Origin: Trichinella spiralis
Taxonomy: Eukaryota
Reading direction: 5' to 3'
NCBI RefSeq assembly: GCF_000181795.1
Contig: NW_003526940.1
Coordinates: 1,089,527 to 1,153,526, forward strand
DNA length: 64,000 nt
The position numbers and the translations under genes were made by a program. Under the pieces are notes generated by a model, which saw only the letters and a list, made by a program, of their open reading frames with translations, was not told the DNA's origin and made no database searches. Positions 49,746-64,000 of this stretch are shown here, piece by piece. The first letter of the stretch is position 1; every line of letters starts with the position of its first letter.

Positions 49746-50696
49746 TTAAGGACGATTGAAAAATTTGAAATCGATACGGTTAGTACAGTCCAAGAAAGAA
49801 ATTGATGGCAAAGCGCAGTGCATAAGTTTCCAAGTATTGTCAGATTTGTTCTCTTCTAATGCCACAACAGATCCAAATGGATAATGGACACCAACTTGTT
49901 TCAAATCATTTAAATCCGGCACATTCGCTGTTTTCTTTGTCAAAAATCGACTGCCTGCATCAAGGGTAGGTGCATGAACAACAAATAATATATTGCACGG
50001 TGATTTGGTATGCCTGCTCAGAATACTACTAATCACATCGCCGGTACGTTTGTAATATTCTTCTATAGTTTCATTTTTGTATTTCGTTTTCAAATCCTCA
50101 CAACTGATCACTGGAAAATAATCAGGATCTACTTCATAACCTTGTACGGCCATTTCCAAAGTGCTCAGGAAGTTCAAATTCTCTTCTTTATACCACCCCA
50201 TATATTCGAACAATCCTGGTTCGATACAAATTTTTGGCTTTGTTTTAGTAAATGCTTTCAACATCCCGTGCGCACTTTGCGCACATCGCAGTGCTGGACT
50301 ACAGTAGACAGTGTCGAAGTTTATGCAGTTCAATTTTGCCCCTCGTCCAATCAACTGGGATACAAAATAACCAAGTTCAGTAATCGGTGGATCATCATAA
50401 AAATCATTAACTCCGTTCAATCGTGGAACCATCGATATTGGCATGTTCATGTCGTACGGTTTGTAATTTCCAGATTCTGTATAAGACAACCGCGTCCAAG
50501 CAGGGAAAACACGATCCATTCGTTCACCATGACGAGCGAAAAAGACACGCCTACCTGCAGCAGATGCCTGTTCACCCAACGCTGACTGGACAGCAATGCT
50601 AGCCTGCTTCATCAATTCTGCTTGTCTTTTTTGCTCTGCCTCATTTATGGGACCTGCCGGCTTGGGGGCACCCGGAGCTTTCTTAACCACGTCCAT
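49746..50696 (-). CDS. Histidine phosphatase (PGM family), Sts/UBASH3/ecdysteroid-phosphate phosphatase-like, PGM domain only
   Basis: Motifs FFARHGERMD, DPPITELG, SPALRCAQSA, IEPGLFE and LFVVHAPTL. The first ATG downstream of the N gap (50696) is taken as the start. The 5' end is uncertain because of the gap. Confidence 0.88.
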   Translation of the reverse strand: MDVVKKAPGAPKPAGPINEAEQKRQAELMKQASIAVQSALGEQASAAGRRVFFARHGERMDRVFPAWTRLSYTESGNYKPYDMNMPISMVPRLNGVNDFYDDPPITELGYFVSQLIGRGAKLNCINFDTVYCSPALRCAQSAHGMLKAFTKTKPKICIEPGLFEYMGWYKEENLNFLSTLEMAVQGYEVDPDYFPVISCEDLKTKYKNETIEEYYKRTGDVISSILSRHTKSPCNILFVVHAPTLDAGSRFLTKKTANVPDLNDLKQVGVHYPFGSVVALEENKSDNTWKLMHCALPSISFLDCTNRIDFKFFNRP

Positions 50697-50713
50697 ATCA
50701 AGGACGCTGAATC

Positions 50714-50723
50714 NNNNNNNNNN
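50714..50723. other. Assembly gap (10 N)
   Basis: Run of n characters in the sequence. Confidence 1.
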
Positions 50724-50873
50724 TGGCTGTTCTTTACTGTTGTTGTTGCTGCTATTGCGTAGTGAAAAATAAAAATCACTATTTAACTTATTTTTGTATC
50801 CTTTTTTCTGAATTATTACTATCGCATTTGATATAACGTCACTTTGGTACAATAAAATACAGAATAATGATAA

Positions 50874-50927
50874 AAATTATTATTGAAAACGTTGATTACT
50901 AAATTATTATTGAAAAGGTTGATCACT
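50874..50927. repeat. 27-bp tandem duplication (2 copies)
   Basis: aaattattattgaaaacgttgattact followed by aaattattattgaaaaggttgatcact (2 mismatches). Confidence 0.85.
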
Positions 50928-51594
50928 AAAAAGTATAAACTTCACTAATAATATATTGGAAAAACAAAATTTCAGTGAATGATAAAACTTATAAATCTTG
51001 ATTGAAACAATTCCCAAATTAGGAATATTTTCATTCTTAATGTTACGTCACCACTGTTAAAGTTACGTAATCCTAAATGGAATATTTGAACCAATGAAAT
51101 GAAGAACATTACAGCTAATCACAACTGAAGAATTTGAATCAATGAGCAATTAGATAAGGAAAACCAATAAGATGACGAATTGAAGGTCCAATAAAATAGC
51201 GAGTTGAACAACCAGTAAAATTAGATCGTAAAAATTTGTCCCGAAATCGACCACCCCGAAGTACTAGAAAATGGCATCATAAAATAATTTTTTAACATGT
51301 GGAAAGCTATTCTGTATTATTTTCAGTTAATAATATTGTTATAATTAATTTATAATTTACATAAAGTTTTAGGTTGATGCTTTACTACTTACCCATCTTA
51401 CAGTGTTTTGCTAGGTACGGTATTGGTGATTAGTTGAATAATTAAATGTTATTTAGAATTAATATAAGTTATTGAATTTTTTAAAAATAAAAAATGTACT
51501 TAAGGAAAAGTTATTGTAATTTTTGAAATTTTGGTGAAATAGCGGCACTTAAAGCATGCCAGCTTTAATATGAAAATATTCTAAAATTTTGTAG

Positions 51595-51931
51595 ATGAGT
51601 GACGAAATCCAGGATCCTTTGGCACGTCTTCGAAAAAAATGTCAAGAAGAAAAATGTCAGCAATTTGTGGAACAGCTTGAAATTTGTAGTAACAGGGTAA
51701 AAAGCCGTAAAAATACGGAAGAAAATTGTCATGACGAAGTTATAGATATGATGAGATGCGTTGATCATTGCGTGAGTATTTTTTTGATAATTTAAGAATG
51801 TAAACAAATATTTTATATAAGTATGTTGTGTTGAATAGCGTTTGCTTAAGTAAATATGTGAAATATCCAAATTTTTAAAATTATTTGCTTATTTTAAGGC
51901 AGTGCAGCGGGCCTTCAAAATGTTGAAATAG
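51595..51931 (+). CDS. UQCRH: Cytochrome bc1 complex hinge subunit (QCR6/UQCRH), 2 exons
   Basis: DPLARLRKKC...C...LEICSNRVKSRKNTEENCHDEVIDMMRCVDHC|AVQRAFKMLK*. Exons 51595-51771 and 51899-51931. Confidence 0.92.
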
Positions 51932-53142
51932 AAAACATCATGTCGCAAGTGAAATTATCATTAAAAGTATATCGATTTTAATAAAAGTGAATTATACGTT
52001 GTTTTCGCAAATTTTTTGATTTCTTCAACTCTGCAACTTGCGAATAGTTTTTTAAAGCATGCCGATAATTCTCTCGTAGAGAGTATTCTGAAAAACATTG
52101 CCTCATTGTTTCAGAATACGAATACATTGGAATAAATTTTGACTTTTCTTAAACGATCTTTTACTATTTGAACACTTGTGTAAATAAATTTTAATTTCGA
52201 AATAGAATAGAGATAGTATACAGATGAATTTAGTGAGAAATGAATTGAAACTTTGGCTTTGTATTCAGCAATAGAAATAATGCAAAAGTGATTAAAGAAA
52301 GATGTGGCATAAAGTCGCAAATGAGAAAGTGGTTTTGGAAATTAAAAGGGAATATTTTCCTACAAGTGTACTCAAATAAATTTAAAGTGCCATTTTCGCA
52401 GTTGGAAAACGTTGCGGTCTTTCTAAACCATTATGTTAAGGAACATTGTTCAATTGCAAATGACCATTTCGAGAGTTGGATTAATTTTTATGCAAAAGTT
52501 TAAATTCTACCAAGTTACAAAATTAATTTACTGAAATGCAAGTATAATTTTGAAATAAAAATACAAAAGAAATGATGAAAAAATTTATGATAAATTTTTT
52601 TAAGTTTATCTTGACGGATGTGAATGCGAGATAGTTTTTGATTCGTCGTAGCGTCTATTTTTCTGCATTTTCCTATTTTTGTCGGTTAAATTTTTTTCTT
52701 TTACGCTGCCGTTAATGATCATTGTTTGCTAAATTTTATGCACAGATGTTATTCATGAGTATAATTTATTTTTCATTATGTGAATTATGACTGGAATTAT
52801 TTTTAAATAACTTTTTTAAACAATAAAAAATGAATGCATCGAATGAATCATATCAAATATTAGATACATGTAGCGTGAATGCTGATAAATTGTATTTATG
52901 AATATTGAAATAATATTACATTTGACACCGTATATTGAAAGTTATCATTCAAGATGTGTGTTGTGGTTGTAAACTTCAAAAAAAGGTTTAAAGTGTCAGT
53001 GAAATTTTGTTGAACATGTTCAAAGAAGTTTAAACTTTAAAATTTTGAAGTACTATAGTAGTTACAAACGGTGAACAAAAAGTTTAGTTAGTTTATTTCT
53101 TTGGTTCCACTACCCTCCGTTGATGTAGTGTTTTGCTCAGCT

Positions 53143-54665
53143 ATGAGAATTTGCACAGCTTCTGTCATCTTGGTTGTGTTGTTGGTGGTCGGTATTGAAT
53201 CGACAAGTTCCAGCAAATCAGTGTCTTGTGTGCATGATGTGGATGATTCTTTGTTCGGTTTTTACGATATTCATTCGATGAGGTGTGTCACGTTGGCATC
53301 GATAACAGTAGAAAAGGAACGAATTTCAGCAAGTAGTGTTTTGCAAGATATGTGCAGAAAATTGAGGAAAAGTGAGCCGGCAGATATTGTCCCAATGGTG
53401 ATTCGCTGGCCCGATGGAGGCTATAAGCGGTTGGTTAAACAATTGCAGCATGTAAAATTTCCCCAATGGTTGTATGGAGAAACGATTTTGTTGAAGTTCC
53501 GCCTAAGCGAGTTGAAGAGTTCATCTCAGAACACATTTACAATGAATGTTCTTGATATGGATAAGGATCGCTTTGAACAGTTGAAACTTCTTCGTTTATC
53601 GGACGACGAAGTACATAATATCACTTCTATGGTAATCCGAACTGATCATGTAGATGAAGATTTTCGTTACTTTCTAAATGATATAAATGCAAAGCAAATA
53701 TTCTTACTAAATACCAGAAATAGAAATACGGAATTCTGCTCGAGTTTGTATGTTCAGCAAGATCACTTATATAGCACAATTTACCCATGCAACGACATTT
53801 CTGCCGGTAAATACAACGGATTTTGCTATACGCACCCGGTGGACAACTGTGAATACAGTAGGCGTGAAGATGGCAATATTTCATGCATTTGCAATGGAAA
53901 TTTCACTGGTCCTCACTGTGACCAACCAATCAACAGAATCAATATCGACGAAGCAGATGATGCCAAACGTGAGTACAATCAACACTGAATGGAAAAATTT
54001 TTTTTCAAATATAATTTTCAATGAAATACTTTTTCGAATATTTGAATAATTTAAAAATTTGTATACTGCTTGAATTTCCAGCTTGAATGATTCACAAAAA
54101 ATTTGACTTTTCTTTTGGAAAAAAAGACAATATTTGTTCTATACGACAATGATTTGAATGACGTTTTTGTTGTAGAAAACATCACGAAAGAAATTGTAAG
54201 CAATGTAACATGCGATGAAAGGCCGAACATGTGCTTGAACGGTGGTACGTGTATAATGACAGAGGAAAACCTCATCTGTTCCTGTCCATTCCCATATCAA
54301 GGAGAAATCTGTGAATTGAGTAAACACTTTATTATTTAAAAAAAATAAACAAATATCATTTCAATCAATAATAATTTGTCCTTTTTTCATTCAGGGGATG
54401 AGAGATTGTTTCTTCAATCGAATTACAAGAAATCTTGCATGGCACTGAAGATGATCATACTCGAAGCAGTAGTTGGCTACTTGCTCATTTTAACGATTAT
54501 TGTTCTCTGGTCCATTCAGCATGTATGTACTTTGCATTATATGCAGATTTTGTGTTCATTTTTCCATTCAATCACATTCACATCATTCATTTTATATTTT
54601 AGCGTGTACGTAACAAAAAACTCGACATTTTGAAAAAAATTGAAAGTAAAAAGAAGTCGAAATAA
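53143..54665 (+). CDS. Orphan type I membrane protein: signal peptide, ~230-aa Cys-containing domain, 2 EGF-like domains, TM helix, short basic tail
   Basis: MRICTASVILVVLLVVGIES signal. EGF-like CICNGNFTGPHC and CLNGGTC...CSCPFPYQGEIC. TM MIILEAVVGYLLILTIIVLWSI. Four in-phase exons (53143-53968, 54176-54319, ~54395-54522, 54603-54665). Confidence 0.8.
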
Positions 54666-55017
54666 CAATCTTCAAACATGTGAAGAAAGAAAATGTGTGC
54701 TATCATTTCGTTTCACATTTTTTAAATAATACAACTAATTATTTGTGCATAATAAATTAATTCATTTTCAGGCTGTATAATTTTACTATTGTAATATGTT
54801 CATAATCAATACATTTATAATAAAAATGCAAAAGTTACTTTACCATCCCATTTTTATTGTATCTGCTTCACAATAAATAAAAATCAAATACAATTACGTA
54901 AACCGGATGAATAAAAAACCATTCATTCACTTGGAACAATACAATCGATGTCATCTGTTTCTAAACCGTTACCCATAACACATAATTTTTTTCTATAAAC
55001 AATAAACATATTCATTC

Positions 55018-57104
55018 TTATGCATAATATTCTAATGCTGTCTTTTTCTTCGATTGCACTTCTAAAATTGCTTCCATGAAATCTTCGTGCTTAACTTGTA
55101 CAGCATTGTTTCTCAAAGCGATCATTCCCTGTGTTAGAAGAAGAAGAAGAAAAAAATGATGATTTGTCATTTAAAAGCAAATTATTAAAAATCACATTAA
55201 AACTCATTTACCGCTTCAACGACGACAGCTTTGCACTGTGCCCCGTTGAAATCATCTGTACAACGAGCCAATTCGTCGTAGTTGACGCTTTTGCTAAAGA
55301 AAATAAAATTAATAATAATAATAAAAGCAGAATTCAAAGAATCCAAATTTTATGCTAACTCGATGTTCATTTTCCGAGAATGAATCTGCATAATACGAGA
55401 ACGTGCTAAATCGTTCGGTAATGGAAGTTCAATTTTCCGATCTAAACGTCCACTTCTCAACAGTGCCGGATCCAAAATATCCACTCTGTTCGTAGCAGCA
55501 ATCACTTTAATATCAGCTTGGGGCTGAAAGCCATCCAACTGATTCAACAATTCAAGCATTGTTCGTTGCACTTCACGATCGCCTGCCTTTTCAGAATCAA
55601 AACGCTTGGTACCTGTAAGGTCAAATCAAATCATTGCTGCTGATCATCAATTCATCAAAAATAATATTTCAAACAAAAAATCAAGCCACATCATTCAATA
55701 CACCACATATACAAACCCTCTCTTGTCGTTTCATACATATTAACAATGTAATTTTTAATTCATTTTTTAAACAATAACACTTACCAATTGCGTCCAATTC
55801 ATCGATAAAAATTATAGCAGGAGCTTTTTCTTTGGCTAAAGCAAAAGCATCACGAACCAATTTCGCTCCATCGCCAATAAACATTTGCACGAGCTGTGGA
55901 CCAGCCAATTTCAAAAATGTGCTTTTAGTCTGAGCAGCCACCGCCCGCGCCATCATGGTCTTCCCTGTACCCGGAGGACCGTACAAAAGAACTCCTTTCG
56001 ATGGTTGAATACCCAGAGTAATAAATCGTTCTTTGTGAGTCATTGGCAAAACTATCGCTTCAATCAGTTCTTGAATTTGCGTGTCCAAACCTCCAATATC
56101 GCTGTATTTCTCGGTAGGTCTTTCATCAATTTCCATAGCCTTTAAAACAATTGAAGCGAAAATTGAAACAAACATTCAAACAATCAAAATGGAAAGTTAA
56201 TCGAAAATAATTTTTCAACTTTTCAATCATTTATTTAAAATTCCCATACGATTTGACAGATGGTCAATTTGATAAATACGACTATACTATAGCTTTAAAA
56301 ATTTAGAAATCTGTTGACACATAAAATATCATGCAATAAAAATACCGTACCGAATTACTCGATTATTGATAAATGCAAAAAATACAAACAATTCATCAAT
56401 GAAAGTACGAGGAAATTTGTGAATTACAAAAAAAAATTATATTCAAAATTAGCTGATAAAATCAATAACTCAAAAGCGAGAATTAACGAAACTAAACAGC
56501 ACACAAACACTACATTACCTTAACGCGACTGTCATATTCTGGAGGCAATTTTTCCAGAATCAAATAAGAATCTTTGTTTACTCCAACCAAATCTCCCGGC
56601 TTCAAAGTATCTGCATCTACCAAACCAATCATAGGAAGAAAATAAGTTGCCCTAGTAGATGTCTTGATGACGGTGCATTTAGTTTTGATTGCATCTTCGT
56701 CAATATTAGCACCTTCTTGTTCGTCGGTTGCCGATGCATCCAAATCCAGAAGTTCGACAACGTTTGAAACTAAATATGGCAGATGACGGTTCACTTTAAT
56801 ACGCTCTTTATTCTCCTAAAAAAATTTCAGTGCTGTTAAAAACTTATCTATGCCAGAAATTTTCTGCTACATTTCAAAATACAATAAAGTATAAAATTAT
56901 GCAACAAACTTTAATTTTCTCTCGGTAGTTGTTGACTTCATGTGTCAGACGTGCGCATTCACTTCGCATAATGCGTATTTCATTTTCGAGTAGTTTTGTT
57001 CTGCCATTAATATCTTCTGCAGACATCAACAGTATCTCCGGATCGACTTCATACTCTACGTTTTGGACAGTCGGACTCAATCCTTCGACTTGATCAGGAC
57101 GCAT
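55018..57104 (-). CDS. PSMC3: 26S proteasome AAA-ATPase subunit 6A (Rpt5/PSMC3), multi-exon
   Basis: [27 protein letters not shown], Walker [32 protein letters not shown], Walker [22 protein letters not shown], and C-terminal HbYX LEYYA*. Confidence 0.97.
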
Positions 57105-58297
57105 GATCAATACAACCTTAAATTCAACAAATACCTAAAACTGTGTTGAATAACGTTTCATGCAAAACAAAAGCTCAAAGCAATTGCAACAAACGCTTTA
57201 CTTTAACAATTAAAATTAACTACAAATTAAAATTATTGCAATGCTTCTCCATAAGAACAAAGCTTATAATAACGTGGAACTTTTACTAAAATTTCTTTAA
57301 CGTATCATATAAGAAAATGAAGATTAATATCTCTGGGACGTCGAAAAGTTTCCTAAAACGCAGTTGTTGAAACAGTAAAAACAAAATTACTAAAATATAA
57401 AAGCAAGATGAAGATACAAAATACAGTAAGAAAATAAAATCAAGCGCAAATAATGGATGGTTAAAAAATTACCGGTATACCTGTAATCATTTCAGTATTC
57501 ATATTGCCAAATAAATTTATTGGGCTTTTCTTAATTTTAATAGACATAAATAATTGAGCGTTTGGTGTTTTAATTCTTTTTACTTCATGCTGATTATTGC
57601 GCGTGTAATGAAAAAGGTAACAAAAAACAGCCCTTAAGCAGTATATTAAATTATTATTAAAATAATTTATAAAATTGCATTTAATAATAAATAAGATGGC
57701 TAAGGTTTGAGTTAGCTTAATGATGATAGATAGAATGAGAAGTATTTCAAATCGATGATGCGTTCAACAAGTAATACAACAGTAGTGTTATTAATGTAAA
57801 CTTGAATACAGTTTGAAATGGTCTTCAATAACTGATTTTTCATTATTTAAACGTTTATCAGTTAAGCTACCTCATAATAAAGAGCTCGCCTTTGCTCTCA
57901 ATATTATTCACAAAGAAATTTCATAAGTGAATGTTGAAAAAGAACAGCATTAGAATAGCATTATACATGTCTGATTAGAATAGCACAGTAATTCAAAGAA
58001 TGCAAGCACAAATTCTCTGAATACCAATAACTGTGCTAGAATTGTTTGTGATAATTATTAGTTACAGTTTTGTTTATTATTAAATTTATTAATTTACAGA
58101 TTATTAGAAACGTAAAAGCGATATTCATTTTCAACAAAAATCAACTACTTGTGACGCACAGAATAACGAAAAAAGGAAGCGCAATTGGAACCACTTCCAT
58201 TATTTCGCATCAAGCGACGTGTACTCAACATTCATGTGCAACAAATGATTATTATTTTATTAAATATCAATTGAAATTAATTAAAAAGAGCGAAACA

Positions 58298-60376
58298 TTA
58301 TTGCTTCTTTTCCTTTTCATCAATACTTTTTGAAGACTTTTTTTTGTGTCTCTGTTTCGAAGCTCTTGATAGCAATTCGACAGGCTTGACCGCCGATTTC
58401 TTCTTCGCCTTCGCTTTTTTGCAAACTGCCTTTTTCTGCTTTTTTGAAATCTTTTCAAATCCTGAAACAATTTAACGATTGCTTTTTCTCCATAAATTAA
58501 ATCTTCAGTTAAATTTCACACGCAGTTTTTACCGGCTGGATGAACTTCTTTAAAAATTGGTTCACCATTGTCACCGTTATCATCTTCTGCCAAAGCACCT
58601 CTCTGATTATCACTTACACTCGAAAGTTCATCTGAAATTATATTGAATCATAAAGTCACAATTATTTCATACTATAAAAATCATAAATACACTGAAATGA
58701 TCAGTACAATTTTACCAGTTTCTAATGCTTTTCTATATTTTGCCACTTCTTTACCATGCCCTGCTGTTTTTCCCTTTGCCTGCTTGTTTTCATGCACTCT
58801 TCTCACAAGAGTTAATAAATACAATTTCATGTCCTTGTTAGAAATACCGTTGGAAAAATAATCATTTTCTATCGTAATAGAGGTAGATTCTGAATTATCC
58901 TCGCCGTCATTTGACACTTCATTTTTCTGAGACAATGGTTCCTTTTTAACATTTTGCCGTCCATCCGTAGATGCCATGCCATCGAATGCTTTATTTTCAC
59001 AGAAAATTCTACTAGCATCTTTTCTGTCCGCTTTCAGAGACGGTGATTTTTCCTTGACAAATTTCACATCTACCGGAATTTCCGGTGCCAATTTTGCACA
59101 AGCCTGGAGAATTATTGCCTGCTTTGAACCTTCACACGAAATATTTCAAAAAATAACCAATTATTTACCTTCTCGTGCACCTCGCTTTTTGACTCCTCAA
59201 AGTCGCCGATCTTTGATTCAAACTTTGTCTTTCTCACTGCTAAATCTTTTGCCCCTGCAAGTATTTCATACGGATTAAAATCAACTAGTGTAAATTTGTA
59301 AATTAACTAAAAGCAATGACCAATTTTGTATTACTTTCCTCAGCATTCGAAAATGTCATCGCCTCTCCTCCGACTGCGTAATTTTCACTCGTCCATTTCA
59401 ATTCTTTCGGTTTGGATAATCTTTTTCCTGACTTTGCTTTTTCGCTTCCAGAGCTGACATCCGGTGCACTAGTCACAATCAAGATATCTTTATCACGTGA
59501 CATTTTTTTGAACATCTTCGACAATCGCTTTATCATTTTTTCTTTATTGTTTTCTGTAGATGCAACTACTGAATACGATAACGCAACATTATCATCAGGA
59601 TTTATACGCAGCAGTCGACTGCTTTCGGGAACAACTTTTTCTATGGATGTCATGTTCATTTTTTCTTTTTCAGACCTTCCTCTTGACTTCTCGCTTAAAG
59701 CTGGTTCATTAAATAAATCGACAGTGTCGGATAGCAATACGGTTTTAGGCAATGACTGCCTTTCGTGAACTCCTGCTGCTTTCTGTCCAGCTTGTCCAGA
59801 GTTCACTGTTGTTGCAGATTCTGACACCACATTATCCGCTTCTTCTCTTTTTTCTTCCTCTGAACATGCATCGTCAAATAACACGACATCCGGCAATGAC
59901 TGCTTATCGTCAACTGCTGCTTCCTGTGCAGCTTGTCCAGAGTTCACTGTTGCTGCAGATTTCGACACCACATTATCCGCTTCTTCTTCTTCTTCTTCTC
60001 TTCTTTCTCCTTGAGATTTTTGCAACTTTTCCTCGTTCGCAGGGATTTGGGGCAGCTGCAATTCGTACGAGTTCACAACATCATATGTAGCATTCGGGTC
60101 ATTGAACGCGTTTCCGATACATTTCTTTATGCGGAACACTTTCCTTTTAGCTCTTGATACACGCCTCATTAGAACTTTTCTATCAAACGAACTGCCCTTC
60201 AACACCTTTCCAGCGACGACCGGCGGTGGTGATTTCTTTCTTTTCTCAGCTTCCGCAGGCTGATGGGGCTTGGTTTGCAAAACAAATCTCATGTAAATGA
60301 ATAGCAATATCCACACGAAGATGCAAATCATTTCCGAATACGTGAAAAAGGAACAAACAAATTCAATTGGTCGCAT
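58298..60376 (-). CDS. Orphan charged, low-complexity protein with an internal ~47-aa duplication and a Lys-rich C-terminal tail (5' end uncertain)
   Basis: Long ORFs 59303-60376 and 58681-59091 plus small exons, e.g. DELSSVSDNQRG...HPA|GFEKISKKQKKAVCKKAKAKKKSAVKP...EKKQ* joined in phase. No family recognised. Confidence 0.65.
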
Positions 60377-60821
60377 AGTCAGATGAAGACTTGTAAATGA
60401 ATTCGAAATTGGGATAATTCTTTAGCCGCAGAATCAACCAATGACAACAACTTGATAAAAATGACGAATGCAATTTCGTTAACAATTATTGTAGTATTTT
60501 CTCTTTTTCTTCTTCTGGAAAAAGGCAATGAATCGAACTCGCTTCAACTGCTGCACTAGGTCGACACTGTTGCCCACCGACGACAAAACACCAACTGAAT
60601 TTGACCCCCTCAACAGACCACTTAAATATAGCATCGACTTTAAACGTAGCAAATGTTAACATATTGTTTAAAGTTTAAAATTCAAAACTTTTAATCATAA
60701 CCATTTCATTCATATAACAACATAATGTAAAGTAAAAAGTTTAAAGAAATACGCATCACAACAAAGTTAGTGATAATTAGCTTAGAATGGAAAATAAGAA
60801 CAAAGAAAAAAAAACAGAAAA

Positions 60822-64000
<3,179 letters not shown>

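Noticed and set aside
50697..50852. N-terminal extension of the phosphatase ORF shown in the ORF track
   Set aside because: It starts at a non-ATG codon, crosses a 10-N gap of unknown true size, and looks intronic or UTR-like.

Overview
This is AT-rich eukaryotic DNA with short GT-AG introns and densely packed genes. It is not prokaryotic. Composition, intron size and gene content suggest a nematode, probably Trichinella-like (inference). I reconstructed the spliced genes by hand. Plus strand: AKAP1-like KH+Tudor gene, intronless REEP5/Yop1-family gene, a tight cluster SENP8 - SHQ1 - TAF6/TAF6L-like histone-fold gene - RNF141-like RING gene, an Echinoid-like 7-Ig/FN3 adhesion receptor, the eIF4E transporter 4E-T, UQCRH, and an orphan EGF membrane protein. 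Minus strand: tRNA-Val(CAC), PIG-V, a Sts/UBASH3-type histidine phosphatase, PSMC3/Rpt5, an orphan Lys-rich protein, and ERCC3/XPB (runs off the window end). Mobile and repeat DNA includes a ~350-bp-arm inverted repeat (5985-8128), a probable gag/protease relic, and a decayed Ginger2/KRBA2-type integrase transposon with TGT...ACA terminal inverted repeats (46512-48842). The most striking feature is that the SENP8 stop codon and the conserved SHQ1 start codon overlap as ATGA (18365-18368), a bacterial or viral style arrangement with no intergenic space. This SENP8 also has Asn at the catalytic Asp position. Other oddities are an XPB intron with no AG acceptor, a GC-AG intron in RNF141, and a histone-fold-only TAF6L-like protein.
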